A DNA stretch of 64,000 bases from Spirochaetia bacterium (GTDB lineage: Bacteria > Spirochaetota > Spirochaetia > SZUA-6 > Bin103): the NCBI GenBank assembly GCA_965203055.1, contig OZ241863.1, positions 3,408,019 through 3,472,018 on the forward strand. Reading direction: 5' to 3'. The number at the start of each line of letters is the position of its first letter. Within the stretch, counting starts at the first letter, position 1. The translations under genes were made by a program, and so were the position numbers. The notes beneath the pieces were generated by a model. It was given only the letters and a program-made list of their open reading frames with translations. It was not told where the DNA came from and ran no database searches. Positions 26,240 through 35,643 of the stretch are shown piece after piece.

Positions 26240-27924
26240 CGCCCGCCGGCGAGAGCGCGGCGCCAGGCCGCATCCCCGGCGGCCAGCGCCTCGAGGGTCC
26301 GCAAGCCGAAGCCGCGGGCGAAGGGGAGCACCACCACCTTGCCGCTGATGCGCCCCGCGGCCACTGCTTCCACCGCGGCGCGCCCCCGCTCCAGGTCGGC
26401 GAGCGCGCCCAGCACGATGCCGGGATGCAAGGCACCCTCCGCCACCGAGGCCAGGGTCTGCAGCGTGGCCGCCAGCGGCGAACCGGTGGTGCCGGCCACC
26501 CGTACGCCGCCAGCGGTGATCGAATGCAGCGGGAGGCGCACGCTACTGCCCTCCGCCACCCCCGCGAACACGTTCAGGTAGCCGCCGGCGCCCAGGAACC
26601 GAGCCGCGTGCTCCGCCGCCGCGGCGGAGGGCGCCAGCAACACCACGTCGTCGAACCCGCGCGGAGCCAGCCGCCGCAGTTCGCCGTCAACCGCCGCCGA
26701 GTCGCCGGAGTCGCCGGGCGCGGGCAGCAGGACCGGGGCCGGCAGTCCGAGCGCCGCGGCGCGCTCGCCCAGCGCCCGCAGCCGCTCCGGCACTCGGTCG
26801 GTGACCACCACGGTGGCCGGCGGTTGCGCCCGGGCCAGCGCGCGCAGCACGTGCATCTGGCCCATCGGTCCCGCTCCGCCGACGAACCAGGCGCGGCCGC
26901 CAGGCGCCAGGTCGCGGCGCGCGGCGCCGGCATAGGCGGCTGCCACCTTGCCGTCGCAGCGGCCCACCAGGCGGATCCCCTGATAGTGGATGCGGCCAAT
27001 GTCGCACGCCAGCGCCGCGGCGCGGACCGCAGGGGCCGCCACCTGCAGGCTCACCACCGCGTGCCGCGGCAGCGCCGCGAACAACCGCTCCATCCAGCCG
27101 GACGGCGGCGCGCCGGCGATGATCACGTCGTCGGCGCCCTGCGGCGGCGCGCCGTCGTGCCAGGCGACCGCCGTTCCCAACGCGCCGGCCCAGCGCTCGA
27201 CCACGGTGCGATTGGCGCGCGTCAGGCCGGCGGCCACGATCCGCCGCGGCGGCGCGGCGTTCGGGTCGGCGGCCGGGGGCGCCACTCCCAGCCGTTCCGG
27301 CACCGCGCCGAAGCGGACCCCGGCAAGGTCCAGCGCGGGCTGGTCGGCAAAGCCGTACAGGCGCAGCGTGCCGCCGCCGCGCAGGTGGGTGCGGGCGGCG
27401 ATCTGGTAGGCCGCCGCCACGCAGCTCCACGGCTCGATGAGCGCCCCTTCCACGGCGCCGACCTGCTCCGGCAGCGCCACCAGGTAGCAGCCCTCGTCGC
27501 CGTCCAGGACCTCGCGCCCCAGCACCACGTATTGCGCCAGCGCTCCGGGAAGCTGGTAGCCGACCGCCAGCGTGCGCCCCCGGTAGTACACGTCGGGCTG
27601 CAGGATGTAGCGCGCCCCGAGCCGCACCTGCCGGCGGCGGCGTTCGCCGACGCCCACCACCGTGAGGGTCACCTCGTGCCCTGGGGTAACCGGGGCCGCG
27701 GCCAGATCTCGCCCGCGCAGGCGGGCGTGCGCGCCGCCGGCCCGCACCAGCTTGGCGTCGGAGTAGCAGATGCCGACGGCATCCACGCGACCTATCACGT
27801 CGTCCTCGCCGTACGGAGGAAACGGCACCTCGTCCGGGCCGCCGGCAGTCCCGAGGTGCTCCAATCCGGCGCCCTTCAGGCGCCACGCCAGGATCCGCCG
27901 CGGCAGCGGCTCGGCTAGCAGCAT
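26116..27924 (-). CDS. Zinc-dependent MDR dehydrogenase (L-sorbose-1-phosphate reductase-like), elongated
   Basis: DAVGICYSDAK; PGHEVT; YILQPD; LIEPWSCV; Rossmann motif VGGAGPMG. Confidence 0.8.
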   Translation of the reverse strand: MLLAEPLPRRILAWRLKGAGLEHLGTAGGPDEVPFPPYGEDDVIGRVDAVGICYSDAKLVRAGGAHARLRGRDLAAAPVTPGHEVTLTVVGVGERRRRQVRLGARYILQPDVYYRGRTLAVGYQLPGALAQYVVLGREVLDGDEGCYLVALPEQVGAVEGALIEPWSCVAAAYQIAARTHLRGGGTLRLYGFADQPALDLAGVRFGAVPERLGVAPPAADPNAAPPRRIVAAGLTRANRTVVERWAGALGTAVAWHDGAPPQGADDVIIAGAPPSGWMERLFAALPRHAVVSLQVAAPAVRAAALACDIGRIHYQGIRLVGRCDGKVAAAYAGAARRDLAPGGRAWFVGGAGPMGQMHVLRALARAQPPATVVVTDRVPERLRALGERAAALGLPAPVLLPAPGDSGDSAAVDGELRRLAPRGFDDVVLLAPSAAAAEHAARFLGAGGYLNVFAGVAEGSSVRLPLHSITAGGVRVAGTTGSPLAATLQTLASVAEGALHPGIVLGALADLERGRAAVEAVAAGRISGKVVVLPFARGFGLRTLEALAAGDAAWRRALAGGRYWSRAAERLCAAASGFAAGPRGAGPPPAAAQSGAGQAPAS

Positions 27925-28038
27925 GGGCCCAATGAGCGCCTCTCAGGCGCCGGCCGGTCAAATGCCCCGCGAACGCGCCTTGCGCGCCTTGCGCACCAAG
28001 TAGCCGAAGCCGCCCGCGAAGCGGTATCATTTGGCGCC

Positions 28039-29286
28039 ATGCAACTCATGAGGTCGGACAAGCTCAGGGACGTACGCTACGACATTCGTGGTCCGGTTCT
28101 GGCCGCGGCGCAACGCCTCGAGGCGGACGGGGTCCGGGTGGCCAAGCTCAATATCGGCGATCCCGCGCCGTTCGGCTTCGAAGCCCCGGCCGCGATCGTC
28201 CGCGAGGTGGCCGAAAATCTCGCCCGCGGTAACGGCTACAGCGAGTCCCAGGGATTGCCCGCGGCGCGCCGCGCGGTGCTGCAGCGCTACCAGGCGCTCG
28301 GCGTGCCGCGCCTGCAGCTCGACGACATCTTTCTCGGCAACGGCGTCAGCGAGCTGATCACCATGGCCATGCAGGGCCTGCTCAACGCCGGCGACGAGGT
28401 GTTGATCCCCGCTCCCGACTACCCCCTGTGGAGCGCCGCGGTCAACCTGTCCGGCGGGCGCGCGGTGCACTACCTGTGCGACGAGCAATCCGACTGGGCG
28501 CCCGACGTTGCCGACATGGCCTCCAAGGTCACGTCCCGGACCCGCGCCATCGTGGTGATCAATCCCAACAACCCCACCGGGGCGGTGTACCCGCGCGACT
28601 GCCTGGAGCAGATCGTGGCGTTGGCCCGCACCCATCGGCTGGTGCTGTTCGCCGATGAGATCTACGACCGGATCCTCTACGACGGCGTGCGCCACACCCC
28701 GCTGGCGCTGCTTGCCGACGACATTCTCATTGCTACCTTCAACGGCCTCTCGAAGACCTATCGGATCCCCGGCTACCGTTCCGGCTGGATGCTGGTCAGC
28801 GGCGCCAAGCATTCCGCGCGCGACTACCTGGAGGGCCTCGGCGTCCTGTCATCCATGCGGCTGAGCGCCAACGTACCCGGCCAGCTCGCCGTCGCGGCCT
28901 CGCTTGGCGGCGTTCAGAGCATCGATCAGCTCACCGCTCCGGGGGGGCGGCTGAGGTTGCAGCGCGACGTGGTGTTCGAGGCATTGCAGACCATCCCCGG
29001 AGTCAGTTGCGTCAAGCCGCGCGGCGCCTTCTACCTGTTTCCCAAGGTAGACGCCGCGCGCTTCGGTATTCAGGACGACGAACGGATGATCCTGGATCTG
29101 CTGACGCAGGAACAGGTGCTGCTGGTCCATGGCACCGCCTTCGGCTGGAGCCGGCCGGATCACTTTCGCGTGGTGTTTCTCCCCCACGTCGACCAGCTCA
29201 CCGCAGTGGCCGCGCGGCTGCGTCACTTCTTCAGCCACTACGTACAGGAGGCCGGCGCCCCGGCCCTGTCCGCGCGGAGCGCCTGA
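28039..29286 (+). CDS. alaA: PLP-dependent aminotransferase AlaA/AlaT
   Basis: YDIRGPV; KLNIGDP; GNGVSELI; PDYPLW; INPNNPTG; DEIYD; NGLSKTYR.PGYRSGW. Confidence 0.9.
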   Translation: MQLMRSDKLRDVRYDIRGPVLAAAQRLEADGVRVAKLNIGDPAPFGFEAPAAIVREVAENLARGNGYSESQGLPAARRAVLQRYQALGVPRLQLDDIFLGNGVSELITMAMQGLLNAGDEVLIPAPDYPLWSAAVNLSGGRAVHYLCDEQSDWAPDVADMASKVTSRTRAIVVINPNNPTGAVYPRDCLEQIVALARTHRLVLFADEIYDRILYDGVRHTPLALLADDILIATFNGLSKTYRIPGYRSGWMLVSGAKHSARDYLEGLGVLSSMRLSANVPGQLAVAASLGGVQSIDQLTAPGGRLRLQRDVVFEALQTIPGVSCVKPRGAFYLFPKVDAARFGIQDDERMILDLLTQEQVLLVHGTAFGWSRPDHFRVVFLPHVDQLTAVAARLRHFFSHYVQEAGAPALSARSA

Positions 29287-29310
29287 GCCGGCTCCGCCGC
29301 GCGGGGCCCA

Positions 29311-30627
29311 ATGCCGCCGTCCATCGCCTTCGCCAATCTCGGCTGCCGCCTCAACATCGCCGAAAGCGACGCCCTGGCGGCGCGCTTCCTGGCCGCCGGT
29401 TACCGCGTGGTGACCGCCGGCGCGGCGCCGGACGTGGTGGTCGTCAATACCTGCACCGTGACCGGCCAAGCCGACCGCAAGTCGCGCAACGCGCTGCAGC
29501 GCGCCATCCGGGCGCCGCGGCCCGGCGCCGGTGAGCGCCGCCCGCTGGTAGTGGCGACCGGCTGCTACGTCACGGCGCACGGCGGCGCGGCCTGCGACCT
29601 GCCCGGCGTCGACTACGCGGTGGACAACGCCCGCAAGAGCCAGATCTTCGATCTGGTAGCCGCCCACCTGGCCGGCGAGGTGGCCGACCCGGCGGCGCTG
29701 CCGCCCGATCCGTTTGGCTACCGCCCCGGCCCGCAGCCGCTGCATACCCGCGCCAGCATCAAGATTCAGGACGGCTGCGACAACTTCTGCACCTTCTGCA
29801 TCATCCCGGCGGTGCGCGGCCGCGCCCGCAGCCGGCCGGCCCCCGCCATCCTGCAGGAGGCGCGCCGCCTGATCGCCGCCGGCCACCGCGAGCTGGTGCT
29901 TACCGGCGTCAACCTCGGCCGCTACGACTGGTGCGGCTGGGGCTTCAGCCGGCTGTTGCAGGAGCTGCTGGAGCTGCCGGGCGAGTACCGCATCCGCGTC
30001 TCCTCCCTGGAGCCGGAGCCGCTCGACGAATGCTTCATCGAGCTCACCGCCCACGACAAGCTGTGCCCGCATCTGCACCTGTGCCTGCAGAGCGGATCGG
30101 ACCGGGTGCTGCTGCGCATGCGGCGCGAGTACCGCGTCGACCGCTACCTGGAGCTGATCTCCCGCATCCGCGCCGCCTGGGCGCGGCGCGGCGCGCCCGC
30201 CCACTTCAGCACCGACGTGCTGGTGGGCTTCCCCGGCGAGACCGAGACCGACTTCGCCCGCACCCTGGAGGTATGCGAGAGCGTGGACTTCGGCCACATC
30301 CACACCTTCCGCTACTCGCCGCGCGCCGGGACCCGCGCCGCCCGGCTGCCGGACGCCGTACCGGAACCGGTCAAGGCGCAGCGCAGCGCGGCGATACGCG
30401 CGCTGGCGGCCGCCGGGCGCCGCCGCCTGGCGCAACGGTTCCTCGGCCGCGAGCAGCAGGTGCTGGTGGAGGAAGCCACCGGCGGCAGCGCTGCCGGGTA
30501 CGGCGAGTCCTACCTGCGGGTCCGCTTCCCGGCCCCCGATCAGCCCGCCGCCGGCGAACTGCGCCGCGTCGTCGTGACCCGAGCCGCGGCCGACGGGATC
30601 CTGGCCGGGCTCCCCGCCGGCGTCTGA
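29311..30627 (+). CDS. mtaB: tRNA t6A37 methylthiotransferase MtaB (radical SAM)
   Basis: LGCRLN..ES; NTCTVT..AD.KSR; TGCY; KIQDGCDNFCTFCIIP; HLCLQSGSD. Confidence 0.88.
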   Translation: MPPSIAFANLGCRLNIAESDALAARFLAAGYRVVTAGAAPDVVVVNTCTVTGQADRKSRNALQRAIRAPRPGAGERRPLVVATGCYVTAHGGAACDLPGVDYAVDNARKSQIFDLVAAHLAGEVADPAALPPDPFGYRPGPQPLHTRASIKIQDGCDNFCTFCIIPAVRGRARSRPAPAILQEARRLIAAGHRELVLTGVNLGRYDWCGWGFSRLLQELLELPGEYRIRVSSLEPEPLDECFIELTAHDKLCPHLHLCLQSGSDRVLLRMRREYRVDRYLELISRIRAAWARRGAPAHFSTDVLVGFPGETETDFARTLEVCESVDFGHIHTFRYSPRAGTRAARLPDAVPEPVKAQRSAAIRALAAAGRRRLAQRFLGREQQVLVEEATGGSAAGYGESYLRVRFPAPDQPAAGELRRVVVTRAAADGILAGLPAGV

Positions 30628-30630
30628 AAC

Positions 30631-30670
30631 CGGGCGCGCGCGTCCGGCCCGGCCGGATCGGGCGCGCCCG
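30631..30670. terminator. GC-rich hairpin between convergent genes
   Basis: cgggcgcgc..tccggcc-c-ggccgga..gcgcgcccg inverted repeat between the mtaB stop and the large lipoprotein stop. No U-tract. Confidence 0.45.
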
Positions 30671-30698
30671 CGGCGTCCCAACCCGGCCGGCTCCCCGG

Positions 30699-33407
30699 CT
30701 AACGGCGTGAATGCACGTACAGCTCGGTAAACTCCACCGGCCCGCCCAGGGCGCGCAGGGCGACCGCGTCGGCTTCCCCGCGCGCGACGTCGGGCGAGAC
30801 CGCGACCTTGAACTGTTCCATTCCATCCACCAGTACGGTGATCGAGCCGTAACACGGCATGGCGCCCATCGGCTCCGCGCAGTCGGCGGGTTGGTAGAGC
30901 GCCTCCAGCGTCAACCCGGGCGTCAGCCCCTGCAACAGGTTGCGGCTGTTCAGCCACATCAGGCGATTGCCGTCCAGCGACTGGTAGAGCTGCACCTGGG
31001 TAGCTTCCGTGTCGTAGAAGTCCCGTTCGCGGGTTGCCCACACCAAGTAGGAGCGGCCGAAGTTCCAGGTGTTGCCCGACTGCGGCGTTCCCGAGGCGAG
31101 GAAGTGCAACCCGTACCCCACCTTCCGATCGCCGGCGGCGCGCACCGTTATGCCGTACAGGGTCGGCGCCGCCGGCTGCGGCACGTTGCGGAACGCGAAC
31201 TTGGCGTGGCTGCTGTCGGCCTCGACCTGGCTCACGACACCGGCCGGGGAGGTAATCCAGACCCCCTCGCCGGGCAGCGCCCGCCCCTCGCCGACGCCGC
31301 TCACCACGCGCCTGACGCCGGCGGAGCTCAACAGCTCGTCGCGCAACAGCTCGGCCGCGCTCCTGACCCGGTGGCCTTGCCCGCGCTGGGAGATCACGAT
31401 CTGTCCGCCGCGCTCGAACCGCAAGGTAAAGGAGTAGGCCGCGCCGCCGACCCCGACGTTGGAGATCACCATCGTCTCGGGGCCGAGCACGTCGATGGCC
31501 GGCGCCGACAGGTCGAGCTCCGGCAGGGTGCCTGAAGCGGGATCAAACAGCTCCTCCACCACCCCCCGGCTGGCGCCGGTGTAGCGCAACCGCGCGGCCA
31601 ACTCGCCGCCGTCATACCTGATCCCGGAGACGTAGATCGACTCCGGCCCGGCGACCGACACCTGCGCGCGGTCCAGCTCCAGGAGATTGAAGTCCACCGC
31701 GGTCGGCGTGATGCGCCGCCCCGCGCGGTCCCGCATCAGCACCGCAAGTTCGGCGCGGACCTGCGCCGCGGCCGCCGCCGCGGCTGCGGCTTCCTCCTGC
31801 GCGGCCGCCACCTGCTGCGCCGAGGCGACCGCCGCAGCCTCGGCCGCAACCTGCGCCGCCTCGGTCTCGGCCTGCGCCGCCGCTACCCGCTGCGCCCAAG
31901 CTGCCGCCGCGGTCGCCGCGGCCACTTGCGCAGCCTCGGCTTCAGCCTCCGCCGCCGCCACCTGTTGCGCCGGCGTGGGCGGCAACGTCACGCGCCGGAT
32001 CCCGGCCACCTCCAAGCGGTTGCCGCCGGCGTAGCGCAGCCGTCCCGAGTAGCCCTGACCCTCCACTTCGACGTAGGAGACGTTCAGCGCGTCCGGCGGC
32101 ACGAAGGCCAGCCGCGTCCGGCCCAGGCCCACCGAGTCGGGAATCAGCTTGCCGCGCGGCCCGTACACCTGCTCCACCGTCGCGCTGGTACCGCCGCGGT
32201 ACTTCAACAATGCCGAATAGGTCTGGCCGTCATACCTGATCGACGACACGTAGATCGTGTCCGGCCCGGCCAGCGATGCCCGCGCCGTAGCGAAGCTCAA
32301 CCGGTCCGGCATCAGTTGACCGGCGGCAACGGCTACCGCGGCCGGCTGATGCTCGGCCGCCCGCGCCATACCTGCCTCGGCCCGGGCAGCCGCGGCCTGC
32401 GCGGCGCTCACCGCAGCCGCCATCCCGGCCTGCGCCGCGGCCGCGGTCTGCTTCGCTTCCGCCAGCGCCGCGGCCGCCGCCGCCAGCTCCGCCAGCGCCT
32501 CACCGGCGGCCGCCTCGGCGGCTCCTGCCGCGGCCTGCGCCCGGGCGCCTTCAGCCGATGCCGCGGCGAGCTGCTCCTGCAGACCGGCAATCCGCTGCGC
32601 CGCATTGGGCGGCAGCGTTACCCGCTGAATGCCGGCAACCTCCAACTCATTGCCGCCGGTGTGACGCAACTGACCCGCATAGCCGCGCCCGCCGACGCCG
32701 ACGTTGGCCACCTCGAGGGTATTCGGCGCTACCAGCGAGAGACTCGTCTGCGACAGGTCCACCGAGCCGGGAATCGTGGCGCCATCCGCCGCGAAGACCC
32801 GCTCTACCGTGGCCGTGGTGCCGCCCCGATATTTCAGGAGCGCGGAATAGGGCTTCCCGCCATACCTGATCGCCGACACGTAGATGGTGTCGGGACCGGC
32901 CACCGTTACCTGCGCCGCCGAGAGATCCAGCAGGCCGGGATCGAGTTGTTCCGGGGAAACCCGGATGCCGGGGGCGGGCGCGGCCGCGCGCAGAGCCCTG
33001 ACCTCGGCCTGCGTCCGCTCGGTTCCCGCCCGGGCCTGCGCGGCCTCGGCCCGGGCCGCCGCCGCAGCCCCCTCAGCCTCGCTCAGCGCCACTTCCGCGG
33101 CCGCCGCTTCCGCTCGCGCGGCAACGGCTTCTTGCTGCGCCGCGGCGACCTGCGCGGTCAGCGCCGCGGCCTCCGCTTCCAGCGCCGTCACCTTCTCCTG
33201 CAGGCCGCTTACCTGCTCGACGGTCGGTTCGGGGGCCGCGGTTGGTTCGGGAGCCGCTGCCTCCGCCGCCGCGGCCTCCTCCGGCTCGGCAGCCGCCGGC
33301 TCGCGCCCGGCGGAGGCCGGAGACACGCAGCCGATCTGACCCAGCATCATCGCAGCGCCAAGCAGCGCCGCGCCCAGTCCCGTTCTATACATCGTTCGCT
33401 CCGTCAT
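30699..33407 (-). CDS. Large putative lipoprotein (902 aa) with three ~110-aa beta-rich repeats, Ala-rich coiled-coil spacers and a C-terminal beta-sandwich domain
   Basis: ATG at 33407 overlaps the lpoB-like stop (ATGA). Signal ..LGQIGC. The repeat core AGP(D/E)(T/S)IYVS.IRY.G...(S)A.L(K/R)Y.G occurs three times. Confidence 0.75.
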   Translation of the reverse strand: MTERTMYRTGLGAALLGAAMMLGQIGCVSPASAGREPAAAEPEEAAAAEAAAPEPTAAPEPTVEQVSGLQEKVTALEAEAAALTAQVAAAQQEAVAARAEAAAAEVALSEAEGAAAAARAEAAQARAGTERTQAEVRALRAAAPAPGIRVSPEQLDPGLLDLSAAQVTVAGPDTIYVSAIRYGGKPYSALLKYRGGTTATVERVFAADGATIPGSVDLSQTSLSLVAPNTLEVANVGVGGRGYAGQLRHTGGNELEVAGIQRVTLPPNAAQRIAGLQEQLAAASAEGARAQAAAGAAEAAAGEALAELAAAAAALAEAKQTAAAAQAGMAAAVSAAQAAAARAEAGMARAAEHQPAAVAVAAGQLMPDRLSFATARASLAGPDTIYVSSIRYDGQTYSALLKYRGGTSATVEQVYGPRGKLIPDSVGLGRTRLAFVPPDALNVSYVEVEGQGYSGRLRYAGGNRLEVAGIRRVTLPPTPAQQVAAAEAEAEAAQVAAATAAAAWAQRVAAAQAETEAAQVAAEAAAVASAQQVAAAQEEAAAAAAAAAQVRAELAVLMRDRAGRRITPTAVDFNLLELDRAQVSVAGPESIYVSGIRYDGGELAARLRYTGASRGVVEELFDPASGTLPELDLSAPAIDVLGPETMVISNVGVGGAAYSFTLRFERGGQIVISQRGQGHRVRSAAELLRDELLSSAGVRRVVSGVGEGRALPGEGVWITSPAGVVSQVEADSSHAKFAFRNVPQPAAPTLYGITVRAAGDRKVGYGLHFLASGTPQSGNTWNFGRSYLVWATRERDFYDTEATQVQLYQSLDGNRLMWLNSRNLLQGLTPGLTLEALYQPADCAEPMGAMPCYGSITVLVDGMEQFKVAVSPDVARGEADAVALRALGGPVEFTELYVHSRR

Positions 33408-34108
33408 TCCCACGAAAAGCTCTGGTTGTCGCCCAGCTTCGCGATCACCTGCTCGAACTCCCAGTAGGCGAGTCCGGTGGCAATGTTGGTCATGGTAAGC
33501 TGGAAGTAGTAATCGACCTGCTGCTTGCCGTCGATCACGTTGGCGCGCTGGATGATCTTGCCGGACAGACTCAATTCCGGCGCCACCATGGTGCCGTCCT
33601 GGGCCACGGTGTCCTGATTGAACAGTTCCGAGTCCTGCAGTTCGCGGGTCTGCGCGCTCAGAGGATCTTCGGGACCCTCCAGACCCACCGCGGTGGTCAC
33701 GATGACCCGGCCGCTGTTGAGCAGGTCGACCCGGATCTTCTTGACGAGCTGATCGGTGTCGATGTTGAGCGTCGTATCGTTGATCATGCGGCTGATCGCC
33801 ATCACCCAGGGCGCGGTGCTGCCCGGTTTGCGCGACAGCGGGCTGCTGAGAAACGACGCCACCGCCTGCTCCGCGGCGTACTCGAAGTCGCGGTAATCGA
33901 GTCCCAGCGTCGTCGTCTCGCCGGGCTGCGGAGACGGCCGGTCGGTATCCAGATAGATCGGCGTGGTCCTGCAACCGGCCGCCAGCACCGCGGCCGCGGC
34001 GATGGCCGCGGCGGTGAACGACGTGACCCGCGCCAACCGGCCGGCCGCTGAGACCGCGCCGGCGCGGGTCGTGGACTGCGAGATGACTGAGCGAGCGTGC
34101 TGATTCAT
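33404..34108 (-). CDS. Penicillin-binding protein activator LpoB-like lipoprotein
   Basis: Lipobox LAAGC; LGLDYRDFE; INDTTLNIDTDQLVKKIRVDLLNSGR; DYYFQLTMTNIATGLAYWE. Confidence 0.8.
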   Translation of the reverse strand: MNQHARSVISQSTTRAGAVSAAGRLARVTSFTAAAIAAAAVLAAGCRTTPIYLDTDRPSPQPGETTTLGLDYRDFEYAAEQAVASFLSSPLSRKPGSTAPWVMAISRMINDTTLNIDTDQLVKKIRVDLLNSGRVIVTTAVGLEGPEDPLSAQTRELQDSELFNQDTVAQDGTMVAPELSLSGKIIQRANVIDGKQQVDYYFQLTMTNIATGLAYWEFEQVIAKLGDNQSFSWE

Positions 34109-34173
34109 TTCAGGTTCCTCCTCCTCGAACGAGGGACTGTCTGCGCGCGGCGGCGCGCGGCAACGGCGCCGCC

Positions 34174-35607
34174 CTACCCATCGCCGAACGCCGCGACGTG
34201 GACGGCGGGCGGCACGTCCGAACGAATGGTCTTCACTACCACCAGAACGTAGCGTCCCGCCGGCAGCACCAGCTCCCGCGCGGAGCCGGCCCCGGTTCCG
34301 ATCGATATGCGGCCGTCGTCCGGGCGGGCGAGACTGGCGACCCCGATCGACTGCGGCAGCGCCCGCCAGATGCGGGTGTCGGCCTGGGTGACGACCGCGC
34401 TCGCGATCGGCGCGACTACGTTCAACACCGAGGCGATGCCGCCCTGCTCGCGCGCCTGGCGCTGGATCTCCAGTTGGATCAGACTGCGGATCACGGTTCC
34501 CGCCACCGCCTTGAACACCACCGAATCGTAGCCGGCCTGGAACTCGGTGGCGGCATAGCGATCGACGTCCAGCAGCCGCTCGGTGCGGTGCTCCCGGCCC
34601 GCGGCGGTGACCTGCAGCGCGCCCGCGGCCGGCACGCCGGGGCGAAACTCAGGCAGCGCGGCGGAGACCACGAGCACCCCATCGCCGGTGTAGATCGGCA
34701 GATCGAAGCGGAACGCCTCCAGGTAGGGCCCGGTACCATCTTCGTGGACGATCCATACCCGGCCGTCGGGCCGCGGCCCTCCGCCCGCCACCCGCTCGGC
34801 CTCCACCAGGTCGGCGAGCACGTGGCGGTTGCTCTGGCCGTCGAGCACCGCGGCGTTGCGGAACAGGTTGGAAGCGCGGTTGGCTTCGCCGGTCGCCAGC
34901 CGGAACACGCCGTGCAGCCAGTCGGTGAACGGATTGCGCAGGCCGCGGTATTGGCCCAACGACTCCACCGCCCGCAGCCGGGCGGCGACCGGTCCCTGCG
35001 GGTCCATCACCTCGTCCATCGAACGGCCGACCTCCTGCCGGTATTGCTCGTCGTCCTCTCCGGCTCCCAGCGCCCCCACCTTGGAGGCCAGTTGATGCAC
35101 CGCGTTCTCCTGCCGCTGGTCGGCCCGGTTCAGCTCCACCCGGGCGCGGGCCAGGTCGCCGGTATGCAAGGCGTTCAACGCCTTGAAGGTATTGACCAGC
35201 ACGCCGTCGTAGATGGTCCCCTGGTACGACACCATCAGATCGTTGCCCACCAGGGTGAACCCCGCCGCCAGCAGGTCCTCGACGCTGGCGACTTCGTCCG
35301 CCTTCCACAGCAATTGCGATTCCGCGCGGTCGAATGCCTCCTGCGAGACGTCGAATCTGCCCGCCGCGCGCAGCGTCATGGCCGCGTGCAGGGAGGTCAG
35401 GAGTTGCTCCACCTCATAGTCGAGGCCGCTCTCGCCGCCGAGCAGCGCGCCCGCCGCGTCGTACTGGCCGGCGTGGTACTCACCGAGGAACTGTTCGGTG
35501 CGGGTGAGGTCCGACATGCCGGCGCAGCCGCACAGCATGACGGCGAGAACGAGCGGCACTCCGAGAGGGATACGATAGCGCTTCCACACGGTGTGTCTTA
35601 CGTTCAA
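34174..35607 (-). CDS. COG3014-like TPR lipoprotein (LpoB-associated)
   Basis: Lipobox LCGC; YQGTIYDGVLVNTFKALN..ARVELNRA..RQ; ADTRIWRALP. Lies upstream of the lpoB-like gene. Confidence 0.75.
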   Translation of the reverse strand: MNVRHTVWKRYRIPLGVPLVLAVMLCGCAGMSDLTRTEQFLGEYHAGQYDAAGALLGGESGLDYEVEQLLTSLHAAMTLRAAGRFDVSQEAFDRAESQLLWKADEVASVEDLLAAGFTLVGNDLMVSYQGTIYDGVLVNTFKALNALHTGDLARARVELNRADQRQENAVHQLASKVGALGAGEDDEQYRQEVGRSMDEVMDPQGPVAARLRAVESLGQYRGLRNPFTDWLHGVFRLATGEANRASNLFRNAAVLDGQSNRHVLADLVEAERVAGGGPRPDGRVWIVHEDGTGPYLEAFRFDLPIYTGDGVLVVSAALPEFRPGVPAAGALQVTAAGREHRTERLLDVDRYAATEFQAGYDSVVFKAVAGTVIRSLIQLEIQRQAREQGGIASVLNVVAPIASAVVTQADTRIWRALPQSIGVASLARPDDGRISIGTGAGSARELVLPAGRYVLVVVKTIRSDVPPAVHVAAFGDG

Positions 35608-35643
35608 GCTATGGCGCGCAAGCCACCGCTGTCAATCGAATCG

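Noticed and set aside
31400-33300. Repetitive GCC/GCG-rich DNA as a CRISPR or tandem array
   Set aside because: The repeats are in-frame protein repeats and Ala-rich coiled coils, with no constant repeat-spacer periodicity.
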